Source of the DNA: Burkholderiales bacterium
GTDB taxonomy: Bacteria > Pseudomonadota > Gammaproteobacteria > Burkholderiales > Ga0077523
NCBI GenBank assembly: GCA_040373665.1
Contig: JBEICA010000001.1
Coordinates: 1 to 57,746 of the forward strand
Direction: 5' to 3'
DNA length: 57,746 nt
The position numbers and the translations under genes are program-made. The notes beneath the pieces are model-generated. The model did no database searches. It was not told the origin of the DNA and saw nothing but the letters and a program-made list of their open reading frames with translations. Of this stretch, positions 36,238-47,731 are shown one piece after another; positions within the stretch are counted from its first letter, which is position 1, and every line of letters begins with the position of its first letter.

Positions 36238-38484
36238 GTGAGTGCTCCCGGTTCCGCGCAACGCCCCGACCCCACGCCTTCCGTGTTGCCGCCCCTGGCG
36301 GTGGCGCGGCTCGCGCCCGGGGAACGCATCCTCGCGGTGCTCGAGACCGATCTCGACGCGCGCCTGCGCTATGCAGACGGACTTCTGGTGCTCACCGACC
36401 GACGACTCATGGCGGGCGGCGGCCGCGACCCCGCATGGCAGGACTGGCCCCTGACTCCGGACGGGGCGCTGCGGCTCTTCGAGCGTGCCGGTGTCGCGAG
36501 CCTGGAATTGTCCGAGGGTGGCGAGCGCGTGGCCGCCTGGCGTTTCACGCGCCGTCTGGTCGCGGCGGCCGCGGCCCTCGTCGAGCGTTTCGAGGCGGGG
36601 GGCGCCGGGCGTGTCGTCCCGGCGCCAGAGACCGTGGCGGCACCTGTGGCCACGGCCGAGGCCGCGCAGCCGGCGGCCCGCAGCCTCCTGCGGCTGTGGC
36701 GTTTCGCCCGGCCCTACCGGGGCCGTCTGGTGCTCGGCTTCGTTCTCACTCTTCTCTCGACCGCGGCGACGCTGGTGCCGCCCTACCTGACCATGCCGCT
36801 GATGGACCGGGTCCTGATCCCCTTCGGCACCGGGGTGCCGATCGATCAGGCACTGGTGACGCGCCTGCTCGGTGCCTTGTTCACGGCGGCGCTGCTGGCG
36901 TGGGCCCTCGGCTGGGCGCGCACCTACGTGCTCGCCCTGGTGAGCGAGCGCATCGGCGCCGACCTGCGCACCGCCACCTACGAGCACCTGCTCGGACAGT
37001 CCCTGGAGTACTTCGGCGCGCGCCGCACCGGCGACCTCATGGCGCGCATCGGGGCCGAGACCGACCAGATCTGCCTGTTCCTGTCGCTGCACCTGCTCGA
37101 TTTCGCCACCGACATCCTCATGATCGCGATGACGGCTGTGATCCTGGTGTCGATCGACCCCTCGCTGGCCCTGGTCACGCTGTTGCCGCTGCCCTTCATC
37201 GTCTGGTTGATCCACCTGGTGCGCGACCGCCTGCGCCTCGGTTTCGAGAAGGTGGGGCGCATCTGGGGCGAGGTGAACAACGTGCTGGCCGACACCATCC
37301 CCGGCATCCGGGTGGTGAAGGCCTTCGCCCAGGAACGTCGCGAGGTGGGCCGGTTCCGGGAGGCCAACCGCAGGAATCTCGCGGTGAACGACCGTGTGAA
37401 CCTGTTGTGGGCCCTGTTCTCGCCGTCGGTGACGCTGCTGACCGAGACCGGACTGCTGGTGGTCTGGGCCTTCGGCATCTGGGAGGTGTCGCGCGGGGAG
37501 ATCAGCGTCGGCGTGCTGACCGCCTTCATTGCCTACATCGGCCGGTTCTACACCCGACTCGACTCGATGAGCCGGATCGTGGCACACACCCAGAGGGCGG
37601 CGGCCGGTGCGAAGCGGATCTTCGAGATCCTGGATCACGCCTCCAGCGTCCCGGAGTGCGCGCAGCCGCGGGTGCTGGAGCACGTCGCCGGTCGGATCTC
37701 GCTGCGCGGCGTGAGCTTCTGTCACGGCAACCGCCAGGTGCTGCAGGGCCTCGATCTGGAGATCGAGCCGGGTACGATGATCGGCCTGGTGGGCCCGAGC
37801 GGCGCAGGCAAGAGCACGCTGCTGAATCTGATCTGCCGCTTCTACGACCCCGCCGGGGGCGCGGTGCTGGTCGACGGCTTCGATCTGAGGTCGGTGTCGC
37901 TGTCCTCGTACCGCCGGCACATCGGGCTGGTGCTGCAGGAGCCTTTTCTGTTCTTCGGGACCATCGCGGAGAACATCGCCTACGGCCGGCCGGAGGCGAC
38001 ACGCGAGGAGATCGTGGCCGCGGCGCGGGCGGCGCATGCCCATGAGTTCATCCTGCGGCTGCCGCACGGCTACGATTCCCTGGTCGGCGAGCGCGGCCAG
38101 GCCTTGTCCGGGGGCGAACGCCAGAGGATCTCCATCGCGCGGGCTCTGCTGATCGACCCGCGCATCCTGATCCTGGACGAGGCGACGTCCTCGGTCGACA
38201 CCGAGACCGAGACCGAGATCCAGCGCGCGCTCGAGAATCTGGTTCGGGGACGCACCACGATTGCCGTGGCCCACCGCCTCAGCACCCTGCGCCGGGCGGA
38301 CCGCCTGGTGGTGCTGGACGCCGGGCGCATCGTGGAGACGGGGACACATGAGGTGTTGATGGCGCGGCAGGGACACTACTGGCGACTGGTCCAGGCACAG
38401 GCCCGGAACCGGGAGGATGCGCCGGCGGAGCCGTTCTGGTCCGACGACGCCCTGACCTCGGCGCGCGGCGAGGACCAGACATGA
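36238..38484 (+). CDS. ABC exporter (fused TMD-NBD, MsbA-like) with an approximately 170-190-aa N-terminal extra domain; cyanophycin-locus associated
   Basis: ORF 36172..38484. Six TM helices. Walker A GPSGAGKST, LSGGERQR, Walker B ILILDEATSSVD. The start is uncertain: GTG at 36172, 36199 or 36238. Confidence 0.85.
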   Translation: MSAPGSAQRPDPTPSVLPPLAVARLAPGERILAVLETDLDARLRYADGLLVLTDRRLMAGGGRDPAWQDWPLTPDGALRLFERAGVASLELSEGGERVAAWRFTRRLVAAAAALVERFEAGGAGRVVPAPETVAAPVATAEAAQPAARSLLRLWRFARPYRGRLVLGFVLTLLSTAATLVPPYLTMPLMDRVLIPFGTGVPIDQALVTRLLGALFTAALLAWALGWARTYVLALVSERIGADLRTATYEHLLGQSLEYFGARRTGDLMARIGAETDQICLFLSLHLLDFATDILMIAMTAVILVSIDPSLALVTLLPLPFIVWLIHLVRDRLRLGFEKVGRIWGEVNNVLADTIPGIRVVKAFAQERREVGRFREANRRNLAVNDRVNLLWALFSPSVTLLTETGLLVVWAFGIWEVSRGEISVGVLTAFIAYIGRFYTRLDSMSRIVAHTQRAAAGAKRIFEILDHASSVPECAQPRVLEHVAGRISLRGVSFCHGNRQVLQGLDLEIEPGTMIGLVGPSGAGKSTLLNLICRFYDPAGGAVLVDGFDLRSVSLSSYRRHIGLVLQEPFLFFGTIAENIAYGRPEATREEIVAAARAAHAHEFILRLPHGYDSLVGERGQALSGGERQRISIARALLIDPRILILDEATSSVDTETETEIQRALENLVRGRTTIAVAHRLSTLRRADRLVVLDAGRIVETGTHEVLMARQGHYWRLVQAQARNREDAPAEPFWSDDALTSARGEDQT

Positions 38485-38951
38485 GCGGCGGAGACTGGCG
38501 CCTGACACGATCGCCCTCGGGCCGCCTGCGGCTCGAGACCGCGGCCGGCGAGGTGCACGACGGGGTGGTGGCCGTTCGGGCGTTTCCGGTGAGCGCGCCG
38601 GGGGAGGCGGTGGCACTGGTCGACACGGCCGGGCGTGAACTGGTCTGGATCGGGACGCTCTCCACGCTGCCGCATGCCGGTCGACGAATGGTCGAGGAGG
38701 CGCTGGCCGAGCGCGAGTTCCTGCCCGAGATCCAGAGGCTTGCCGCGATTTCCAGGACGGCCACGCCGAGCGTGTGGTCGGTGGAGACCGACCGCGGCGC
38801 CACGCGCTTCGTCCTGCGCGGTGAAGAGGACGTCCGGCGACTGGGCGGCGGACGCCTGCTCGTGACGGACGAGAGCGGCATCCACTATCTGATCCGGGAC
38901 GAAGCGGCCCTGGACCGGCACAGCCGCAGGCTGCTCGAGCATTTTCTCTGA
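38481..38951 (+). CDS. DUF1854-like small cytoplasmic protein, translationally coupled to the ABC exporter
   Basis: ATGA overlap at 38481-38484. 156 aa, no TM helix, ends ...RRLLEHFL. The DUF1854 assignment is from memory, based on its pairing with this type of ABC exporter. Confidence 0.6.
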   Translation: MSGGDWRLTRSPSGRLRLETAAGEVHDGVVAVRAFPVSAPGEAVALVDTAGRELVWIGTLSTLPHAGRRMVEEALAEREFLPEIQRLAAISRTATPSVWSVETDRGATRFVLRGEEDVRRLGGGRLLVTDESGIHYLIRDEAALDRHSRRLLEHFL

Positions 38952-38990
38952 GGTCCGGAAGACAGGCCCGGCAACCTCCTCACCGGGGCG

Positions 38991-41558
38991 TCAGACGCCA
39001 TCCACCCTGGCCGCGAGGCGGGCGAGACCGGCATCGACGTCGCCCAGCAGCACAACGCAGACGTCGCCGGCCGCCAGAGGCGCGAGCCCGGCGCAGAACC
39101 CGTCCGCCTCGACGGCCCCCAGATCCCCGATACGCGCCCTGCCGCCGTGCTCGACGTCGTCGCGCGCCAGGCCGCTGCGGCCGCGACGCCGCGCCCCGGC
39201 GTCACGGCACAGGAGGATGCGGTCGTAGCGGTCGGCGGCAACGCGGCCGAGCGTGCGCACATCGTGTTCGCGTCGATCTGCGGGGATACCGATGACCAGG
39301 GTCCTGCGCCCCGGCAGGGCCATGGCATCCAGGGTGTCGGTCAGCGCCAGCAGGGCGTCGGCGTTGTGTCCGCGGTCCGCCAGTACCGTCGCTCCGCGAT
39401 GGCGGAACAGGTTGAGCCGGCCCGGCAGCGTCGTGGTGTCCGCCACCGCGGCCGTGAGCGTCACCTCGACGAGGGGCCAGGCGATGCCCAGGGCCCAGGC
39501 CGCGCCGACTGCGGCGAGCACGTTGTCGACCATGAACCCGGCGGCGCCACCCAGCGTGAGCGGGATGCGGGACAGCGGGAGGCGCCAGTGCTCGCGCGGG
39601 CCGTGACAGGCCACCACATGTCCTGCCTCGACCGTCACCAGCCGCTGGCCCCGCGCCCGTTGCTCCGTCATGACCGCAACGGTGCCGTCACGCGCGAAGT
39701 GGATCACGCTGCCGGGGCAGGCCGCACGCATGGCGGCGACGTTCGGATCCGCCGCGTTCAGCACGGCGACGCCGTCGGGTCCCATGTTCTGCACGATGAC
39801 CCGCTTGAGCACGGCAAGCTCCTCGACCGTCTCGAGGTGGTCCAGGCCCAGGTGGTCGCCGCTGCCGACGTTGGTCACGATGGCCACGCCGCAGCGGTCG
39901 AAGCCCAGTCCCTCGCCCAGGATTCCGCCACGCGACACCTCCAGCACCGCGGCGTCCACCTCGGGGTGGGACAGCAGGTCACGGGCGTGTGGCGCGTCGC
40001 TGCAGTCGCCCCGGGCGAGCCAGCGCGACCCGACACGGAGCCCGTCGCTCCCGGCCATACCCACGCGTTGTCCGGTCGCAGCGAGCATGGCCGCCACCAG
40101 ATGGGCCGAGATGGTCTTGCCGTTGGTGCCGGTGATGGCGACCACCGGGATGCGCCCATCGTCGCCCGCCCCGAACAGCAGATCGACAACGGCGCCGCCC
40201 ACGTTGCGCGGATGCCCGTAGGAAGGTGCAAGGTGCATGCGCAGCCCGGGTGCGGCATTGACCTCGACCACGGCCCCGTTCTGCGCCTCCAGGGGCTCGC
40301 CCACCGAGGTGCACACCACGTCCACGCCGCAGATGTCGAGACCGACCGCGGTCGCGGCCTCGACCACGCGTCTGGCCAATTCGGGGTGGACGTCGTCGGT
40401 GACGTCGGTGGCCGTGCCGCCGGTGCTGAGGTTGGCATTGTTGCGCAGCACCACCCGGGCACCCCGTGGCGGCACGTCGTCCGGCCCGTACCCCTGGATG
40501 CGAAGCCGCGCCTCGGCGATCTCGTCAAGACGGATCCGGGTCAGCGGCGTGGCGTGGCCGTCGCCGCGCTTCGGATCCTGGTTGACGCGGTCGACCAGGG
40601 CGCGGATGGTGTGCTCGCCGTCGCCGATCACGTGCGGCGGCTCGCGCCGCGCGGCGGCGATCAGCCGGTTGCCCACGACCAGCAGCCGGTGGTCGTGACC
40701 CGGCACGAAGCGCTCGACGATGATCTCGTGCCCGAACTCCTGCGCAGCCCTGAAGGCGATTGCCAGATGCTCGGGGGTCGACACGTTCACGGTGACGCCC
40801 TTGCCCTGGTTGCCGTCGCGCGGCTTGACCGCGACCGGGCCGCCGAGGGCCTCCATCGCGCACCGGGCCTCCTCCAGGGTGGAAACGCAACGTCCGGCCG
40901 GGACCGGGATCCCGGCGGCGCCGAGCAGGCGCTTGGTGAGTTCCTTGTCCTGGGCGATGGATTCGGCAATGGCGCTGGTGGCGTCGATCTCGGCCGCCTG
41001 GATGCGTTTCTGGCGGCTGCCCCAGCCGAGTTGGACGAGGCTGCCGTCGGTCAGGCGGCGTACGGGCACACCACGATCGGCGGCGGCGCGGACGATGGCG
41101 CCGGTGCTGGGGCCGAGGCTGACGTCCTCGTCGAGGGCCCGGAGGCGGGCCAGCGCGGAGCGCAGGTCGAAGGCGGTGTCGTCGAGGGCGGCGCGGTACA
41201 GCGCCTGCGCGAGGTCCAGCGCCAGACGTCCCACCGCCTCCTCGGCATATTCGACCACCACCCGGTAGGTCCGGGGCTCGATGGTCGGGGTGCAGTGGCT
41301 GAAGGTGACTGCGCTGCCGGCCTCCGACTGCAGCCGCAGGGTGGCGAAGCGCAGTGCCTGGGCGGCGGGCAGCGGCGCCATGTGACCGATGGGGCGGATC
41401 GGTCCGATCTGAGGAAACCGTGAGCGCAGCCGCGCCTCGAAGCCCGGCATGCCATCCAGTGACTCCTCGGCCGGCTCGAGCGACACCACCAGTTCCAGCG
41501 CGGTGTGGCGTCCCCACAGGTTCGGGCCGCGCAGGGCGCGGATGCGATCGATGCGCAT
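38991..41558 (-). CDS. cphA: Cyanophycin synthetase, full-length (N, G and M domains)
   Basis: MRIDRIRALRGPNLW; VAVKPRDGNQGKGV; ANLSTGGTATDVTDDVHP; VVEVNAAPGLRMHL; TGTNGKT; LEVSRGGILGEGLGFD; GDHLG; NAADP; PGRLNLF. The DYGHNP motif is altered to DRGHNA. Confidence 0.9.
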   Translation of the reverse strand: MRIDRIRALRGPNLWGRHTALELVVSLEPAEESLDGMPGFEARLRSRFPQIGPIRPIGHMAPLPAAQALRFATLRLQSEAGSAVTFSHCTPTIEPRTYRVVVEYAEEAVGRLALDLAQALYRAALDDTAFDLRSALARLRALDEDVSLGPSTGAIVRAAADRGVPVRRLTDGSLVQLGWGSRQKRIQAAEIDATSAIAESIAQDKELTKRLLGAAGIPVPAGRCVSTLEEARCAMEALGGPVAVKPRDGNQGKGVTVNVSTPEHLAIAFRAAQEFGHEIIVERFVPGHDHRLLVVGNRLIAAARREPPHVIGDGEHTIRALVDRVNQDPKRGDGHATPLTRIRLDEIAEARLRIQGYGPDDVPPRGARVVLRNNANLSTGGTATDVTDDVHPELARRVVEAATAVGLDICGVDVVCTSVGEPLEAQNGAVVEVNAAPGLRMHLAPSYGHPRNVGGAVVDLLFGAGDDGRIPVVAITGTNGKTISAHLVAAMLAATGQRVGMAGSDGLRVGSRWLARGDCSDAPHARDLLSHPEVDAAVLEVSRGGILGEGLGFDRCGVAIVTNVGSGDHLGLDHLETVEELAVLKRVIVQNMGPDGVAVLNAADPNVAAMRAACPGSVIHFARDGTVAVMTEQRARGQRLVTVEAGHVVACHGPREHWRLPLSRIPLTLGGAAGFMVDNVLAAVGAAWALGIAWPLVEVTLTAAVADTTTLPGRLNLFRHRGATVLADRGHNADALLALTDTLDAMALPGRRTLVIGIPADRREHDVRTLGRVAADRYDRILLCRDAGARRRGRSGLARDDVEHGGRARIGDLGAVEADGFCAGLAPLAAGDVCVVLLGDVDAGLARLAARVDGV

Positions 41559-41572
41559 GATGCAGGGGGCCC

Positions 41573-43753
41573 TCAGGCAGCCGAGGCGAACCCGGTGGCC
41601 GCCGGATCGAAGCTGCCGATGCCGGCGCGGATCAGCTCCGGCGACAACCCGAGCGCCCAGGCAGCCCCGACGGCGGTGAGCAGCGGGATGGTGCCGGCGT
41701 CGAAGGTCGCCCGCGCAAGAGGGAACTCAGGCAGGGCGAGCACGGTATGCAGCCCCTGCGGCGTCGCCACCCGGACGGAGTGGCCGTCGAGAACGACGGC
41801 ACATCCACCCGCGGCGACGTGGGCGGACACCACCGGGTTCTGCATGCCTTGCGCGCTGACATGGATGACTTTGCCCGGGCAGAGCTCCGCCATGCCCGCG
41901 ACCACCTCGTCGTCCGCGTTCAGCACTGCCGTCCCCGTGGGCAGCACCACGTCCACCTGCGTGCGCAACACCTTGAACAACTGCTCCGCATCCTCGATGG
42001 GCTGCTCGGGGATCAGATCCGCGGGGTCCAGGCCTGTGACGATGCCGACCTGGCAGCCGTCGTAGGCGAGCCCCTCCATCGCCATGGTGCGAAGTCCGTT
42101 CTCCACGACGATGGCCTCGAGGCTGCGATTCATCAGCAACCGGCGCGCGGCGTCCCAGCGGGCGCAGTCCCCCTGTTCGATCAGGCGTTGCCCGAGGTAG
42201 AGACCGTCGGCGCAGGCCAGTCCGGTCGACGTGCCTCGCAACTGCAGCAGATGGGTCATCAGACGGGCCACGGTGGTCAGTCCGTGGCTCCCGGCGACAC
42301 CCACCAGCGGGACACGGCCATCGTTCCCCGCCCCGAACAGATGCCCGACGATCGCCTCGCCCACCGGGCGGCCGGCGCCCTTGGCCGGCTGCAGGTGAAC
42401 CTGCAGCCCGGGGCCGGCGTTGACCTCGACGATGGCGCCGCCCTGGTCCTGCAGCGGACGGGTGATGTCCTCGGCCACCACGTCGATCCCGGCGATGTCC
42501 AGCCCCACCACGCGCGCCGCGAGGACTGCCATGGCCGCCACCTCGGGGTGGACGCTGTCGGTGACGTCGAAGCCGACATTGCCGTTGCGCTGGATCAGCA
42601 CCCGTGTGCCGGCGGGCGGCACGGACTCGGGGGTCAGACCCTGGTGCGCGAGTTCCAGCAGGGCGACCGAGTCGACCCGCACCGGATTCAACGGGTAGTC
42701 TTCGGTGCTGCCGCGGCGCGGATCGCTGTTCAACTGGCGTTCGATCAGCTCCAGCACCGTATGCTCGCCGTTGCCCGTCACCTGTGCGGCTTCGCCCTTG
42801 GCTGCGGCCACGAGACGCCCGCCGATCACCAGCAGCCGATGCTCGTCGCCAGGGATCATGCGTTCCACCAGCACGCCCGAGCCTTCGCACGCCGCGACGG
42901 CGTGAGCCGCCTCGATCTCGGATTGCCCGGTGAGGCCGAGCACCACGCCGCGCCCGTGGTTGCCGTCGAGGGGTTTGACCGCCACCGGCACGCCGACGTC
43001 GAGGGCCGCCTGCCACGCGTCGGCGGCGCTCGTCACCTCGCGCCCGTCGGGCACGGGCACACCGCAGCCGGAGAGCAGGCGCTTGGTGAGCTGCTTGTCG
43101 CGGGAGATGCCCTCGGCGATGGCGCTGGTGCGCTCGGTCTCCGCAGTCCAGATCCGGTTCTGCGCCTTGCCGTAACCGAGTTGCACCAGATTCCCGGCAT
43201 TGAGGCGGATATGCGGAATGCCGCGGGCCTGGGCTGCCGTGACGATCGCGCCAGTGCTCGGGCCGAGGCAGAACTCGTCACTCAGTTCGCGCAGGCGCGT
43301 CACGGCTGCACCCACGTCGCAGGGACGGTCGTCCATCGCGGCGAGCACGAGATCGCGTGCGAGAAAGATCGCCTCCCGCGTCACGTCCTCCTGCCAGCAG
43401 GTGACGATGACCTTGTACACGCCGCGCTCGGCCGTGCCGCGGGCGCGTCCGAAGCCGCCCGCCATGCCTGCCAGGGCCTGCAGCTCCAGCGACACGTGCT
43501 CGAGCACGTGACCGGCCCAGGTGCCTTCTTCCAGACGCCGCAGGAAACCGCCACGCTCCTCGTAGCTGCAGCGGTGTTCCACCAGCGTCGGCATCCAGGC
43601 GGTCAGCCGCCCGGGAAACCCCGGGATGCGGTCCGAGGGGAAATCCTCGAGATCCCCGATGTCGATCAGGGCTTCCAGCACGGGGTTGCAGGTCCACATG
43701 TTGGGACCGCGCAAGACCGTGATCTTGCGGATGTCGATGTGTCTTGGTGTCAT
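41573..43753 (-). CDS. Cyanophycin synthetase paralog, CphA2-like: G domain largely intact, M domain vestigial and C-terminally truncated
   Basis: Part of ORF 41573..43804. Start MTPRHIDIRKITVLRGPNMW. VAVKPLDGNHGRGV and IVEVNAGPGLQVHL are present, but ANLSTGGTA is replaced by NGNVGF. The P-loop is GSHGLTT (Lys lost), LETARGG is VENGLRT, and there is no C-terminal Mur-ligase subdomain. Confidence 0.85.
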   Translation of the reverse strand: MTPRHIDIRKITVLRGPNMWTCNPVLEALIDIGDLEDFPSDRIPGFPGRLTAWMPTLVEHRCSYEERGGFLRRLEEGTWAGHVLEHVSLELQALAGMAGGFGRARGTAERGVYKVIVTCWQEDVTREAIFLARDLVLAAMDDRPCDVGAAVTRLRELSDEFCLGPSTGAIVTAAQARGIPHIRLNAGNLVQLGYGKAQNRIWTAETERTSAIAEGISRDKQLTKRLLSGCGVPVPDGREVTSAADAWQAALDVGVPVAVKPLDGNHGRGVVLGLTGQSEIEAAHAVAACEGSGVLVERMIPGDEHRLLVIGGRLVAAAKGEAAQVTGNGEHTVLELIERQLNSDPRRGSTEDYPLNPVRVDSVALLELAHQGLTPESVPPAGTRVLIQRNGNVGFDVTDSVHPEVAAMAVLAARVVGLDIAGIDVVAEDITRPLQDQGGAIVEVNAGPGLQVHLQPAKGAGRPVGEAIVGHLFGAGNDGRVPLVGVAGSHGLTTVARLMTHLLQLRGTSTGLACADGLYLGQRLIEQGDCARWDAARRLLMNRSLEAIVVENGLRTMAMEGLAYDGCQVGIVTGLDPADLIPEQPIEDAEQLFKVLRTQVDVVLPTGTAVLNADDEVVAGMAELCPGKVIHVSAQGMQNPVVSAHVAAGGCAVVLDGHSVRVATPQGLHTVLALPEFPLARATFDAGTIPLLTAVGAAWALGLSPELIRAGIGSFDPAATGFASAA

Positions 43754-43945
43754 TGTCGATCGCCACCGCCTGGCGCACTGGAAGCTCGCGACGGTTGCGA
43801 TCACGGCAAGATTGCTGTCCGGAGACAGTGACCTTGGGGGAGCATACCGACGGACCGGCGATTATGCTGTCGTCGACCTGACACCAACCTTTCAGACGGG
43901 GCGCGGCGGGCGTCCCGGCTCCCCGGGTCAGATGGGCGCTGCAGG

Positions 43946-43976
43946 CCGGATGGGCGCCCGGGAGGCGCCCATCCGG
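43946..43976 (-). terminator. Perfect 13-bp hairpin immediately after the fadB-like stop codon
   Basis: CCGGATGGGCGCC-cggga-GGCGCCCATCCGG. No U-tract. Lies between fadB-like (ends 43986) and the cphA paralog (starts 43753). Confidence 0.4.
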
Positions 43977-43985
43977 CAGGTCACG

Positions 43986-46085
<2,100 letters not shown>

Positions 46086-46200
46086 GGCGTCCTCCGGTGT
46101 GATCGTCTGGCGCCGCGCACGTTTGGCGACGCCGAAAGGCCGAGACTTTAACTCATCGGCCTGGCCTCTCGCGCCGCGTGGACGGGATCGGGCCGGGCCC

Positions 46201-46920
46201 TCAGATCCCCAGGTGCCGATGCCAGATGCCGTGGTCGGCGTCCAGGGTCCCGGAGTCTCCCTGCCAGACGACGCGACCGCGCTCGATGATGGTGTGGTGA
46301 TGCGCCAGCGCGATCAGCCGGGCGACGTACTTGTCGATCACGAGGATGGTCTGGCCCTCGGCGGCCAGCGTGTGCAGGCAGCGCCATATCTCCTCGCGCA
46401 CCAGGGGGGCCAGTCCCTCGGTGGCCTCGTCGAGGATGAGCAGGTGCGGATTGGTCATCAGGGCGCGCCCGATGGCGAGCATCTGCTGCTCGCCCCCGGA
46501 GAGCTGGTTGCCGAGGTTGCCCCGGCGTTCGCGCAGGCGAGGGAACAGCGCATACACCCGGTCGAGCCGCCATGGGTGGGGGCTGGCGCGGCGGTTGTCG
46601 GCGAAGGCACGCAGGTTCTCCTCCACGGTGAGGTTGGGGAACACCTGACGTCCTTCCGGCACCAGGGCGATGCCCAGGCGGGCGATGCGCTCCGTCGGCT
46701 GCGCGTCGATGCGTTCCGCGCGGAAGCGGATGCTGCCCGCGGAGATCGGGACCAGGCCCAGGATCGCGCGCACCGTGGTGGTCTTGCCCATGCCGTTGCG
46801 GCCGAGCAGGGTCGCCACCTCGCCCTGGCGGATGCTCAGATCGAGCCCGAACAACACCTCGGTGCCCGCGTAGCCGGCGTGCAGCCCGGCGATCTCGAGC
46901 AGCGGTTCCGCTTCAGTCAT
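46201..46920 (-). CDS. livF: Branched-chain amino-acid ABC transporter ATP-binding protein (LivF-like)
   Basis: Part of ORF 46201..46968, starting MTEAEPLLEI. GRNGMGKTT, LSGGEQQMLAIGRAL, LLILDEATEGLAP. Confidence 0.85.
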   Translation of the reverse strand: MTEAEPLLEIAGLHAGYAGTEVLFGLDLSIRQGEVATLLGRNGMGKTTTVRAILGLVPISAGSIRFRAERIDAQPTERIARLGIALVPEGRQVFPNLTVEENLRAFADNRRASPHPWRLDRVYALFPRLRERRGNLGNQLSGGEQQMLAIGRALMTNPHLLILDEATEGLAPLVREEIWRCLHTLAAEGQTILVIDKYVARLIALAHHHTIIERGRVVWQGDSGTLDADHGIWHRHLGI

Positions 46921-47731
46921 GTGTCGCGCCCGGGGATGGCGTGGCCGCCGGCAGGACGTCGTCGCCAAGATAGGCCTGCTTCACCAGAGGGTCCTCGCGG
47001 ATTGCCGCCGGCGCGCCCGTGGCCACGATGCGGCCCGAGACCAGCACGGAGATGCGGTCGGCGAGGCGGAACACCGCGTCCATGTCGTGCTCGACCAGCA
47101 ACAGCGTGCCGTGTCCGCGCAGCGAGGCGATGAGGTCCACCATGCGCGCCGACTCCTCGGGGCCGAGGCCGGCGAGCGGCTCGTCGAGCAGCAGCACACG
47201 CGGCCGGGTGGCGAGCGCGAGACCGATCTCGAGGCGACGCCGTTCGCCGTGCGCCAGAGCATTCGCGTCGGCCTCCAGGCGGTGCGCCAGATCGACGCGG
47301 CCGGCGAGGTGGCGTGCCTCCTCGCGCGAGCGCGGGTCGTCGTGCGCCGCCCGCCAGAAACGGAAGCTCGACCCGAGCTGGGCACTGGCGGCCAGGGCGA
47401 GGTTGTCGATGACGCTGAAGCGCCTGAAAAGCTGGGTGATCTGGTAGGAGCGCGCCAGACCGGCATTCACGCGCTCGTGCATGGACAGGCGGGTGACGTC
47501 ACGGCCCAGCAGCGTCACGGATCCCGCGTCGGGCGCGAGCGCGCCGGAGATCTGGTGAATCAGCGTGGTCTTGCCGGCCCCGTTGGGTCCGATCAACGCA
47601 TGGATCTCGCCTTCCGTGACCTCGAGCGAGACCGCGTCAGTGGCTGTCAGGCCGCCGAAGCGTTTGACCAGGCCCGACAGCCGCAAGGCCTCAGCCACGC
47701 CGCCATCTCCTGCCCAGCGTGACGAGGCCAT
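46913..47731 (-). CDS. livG: Branched-chain amino-acid ABC transporter ATP-binding protein (LivG-like)
   Basis: GPNGAGKTT, LAHGERRRLEIGLAL, LLLDEPLAGL. The start may be the GTG at 47698. Confidence 0.85.
   Translation of the reverse strand: MASSRWAGDGGVAEALRLSGLVKRFGGLTATDAVSLEVTEGEIHALIGPNGAGKTTLIHQISGALAPDAGSVTLLGRDVTRLSMHERVNAGLARSYQITQLFRRFSVIDNLALAASAQLGSSFRFWRAAHDDPRSREEARHLAGRVDLAHRLEADANALAHGERRRLEIGLALATRPRVLLLDEPLAGLGPEESARMVDLIASLRGHGTLLLVEHDMDAVFRLADRISVLVSGRIVATGAPAAIREDPLVKQAYLGDDVLPAATPSPGATHD

Noticed and set aside
35545-38616. 1023-aa minus-strand ORF, the longest in the locus
   Set aside because: It lies antisense to the well-supported ABC exporter and DUF1854-like genes. 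It is extremely Arg/Gly/Pro/Ala-rich with no recognisable motif. This is a typical shadow ORF in GC-rich DNA.
33278-43753. The three cphA-like genes as a recent duplication or an assembly duplication artefact
   Set aside because: The protein sequences are strongly diverged from one another and have different indels in different domains. They are not near-identical repeats.
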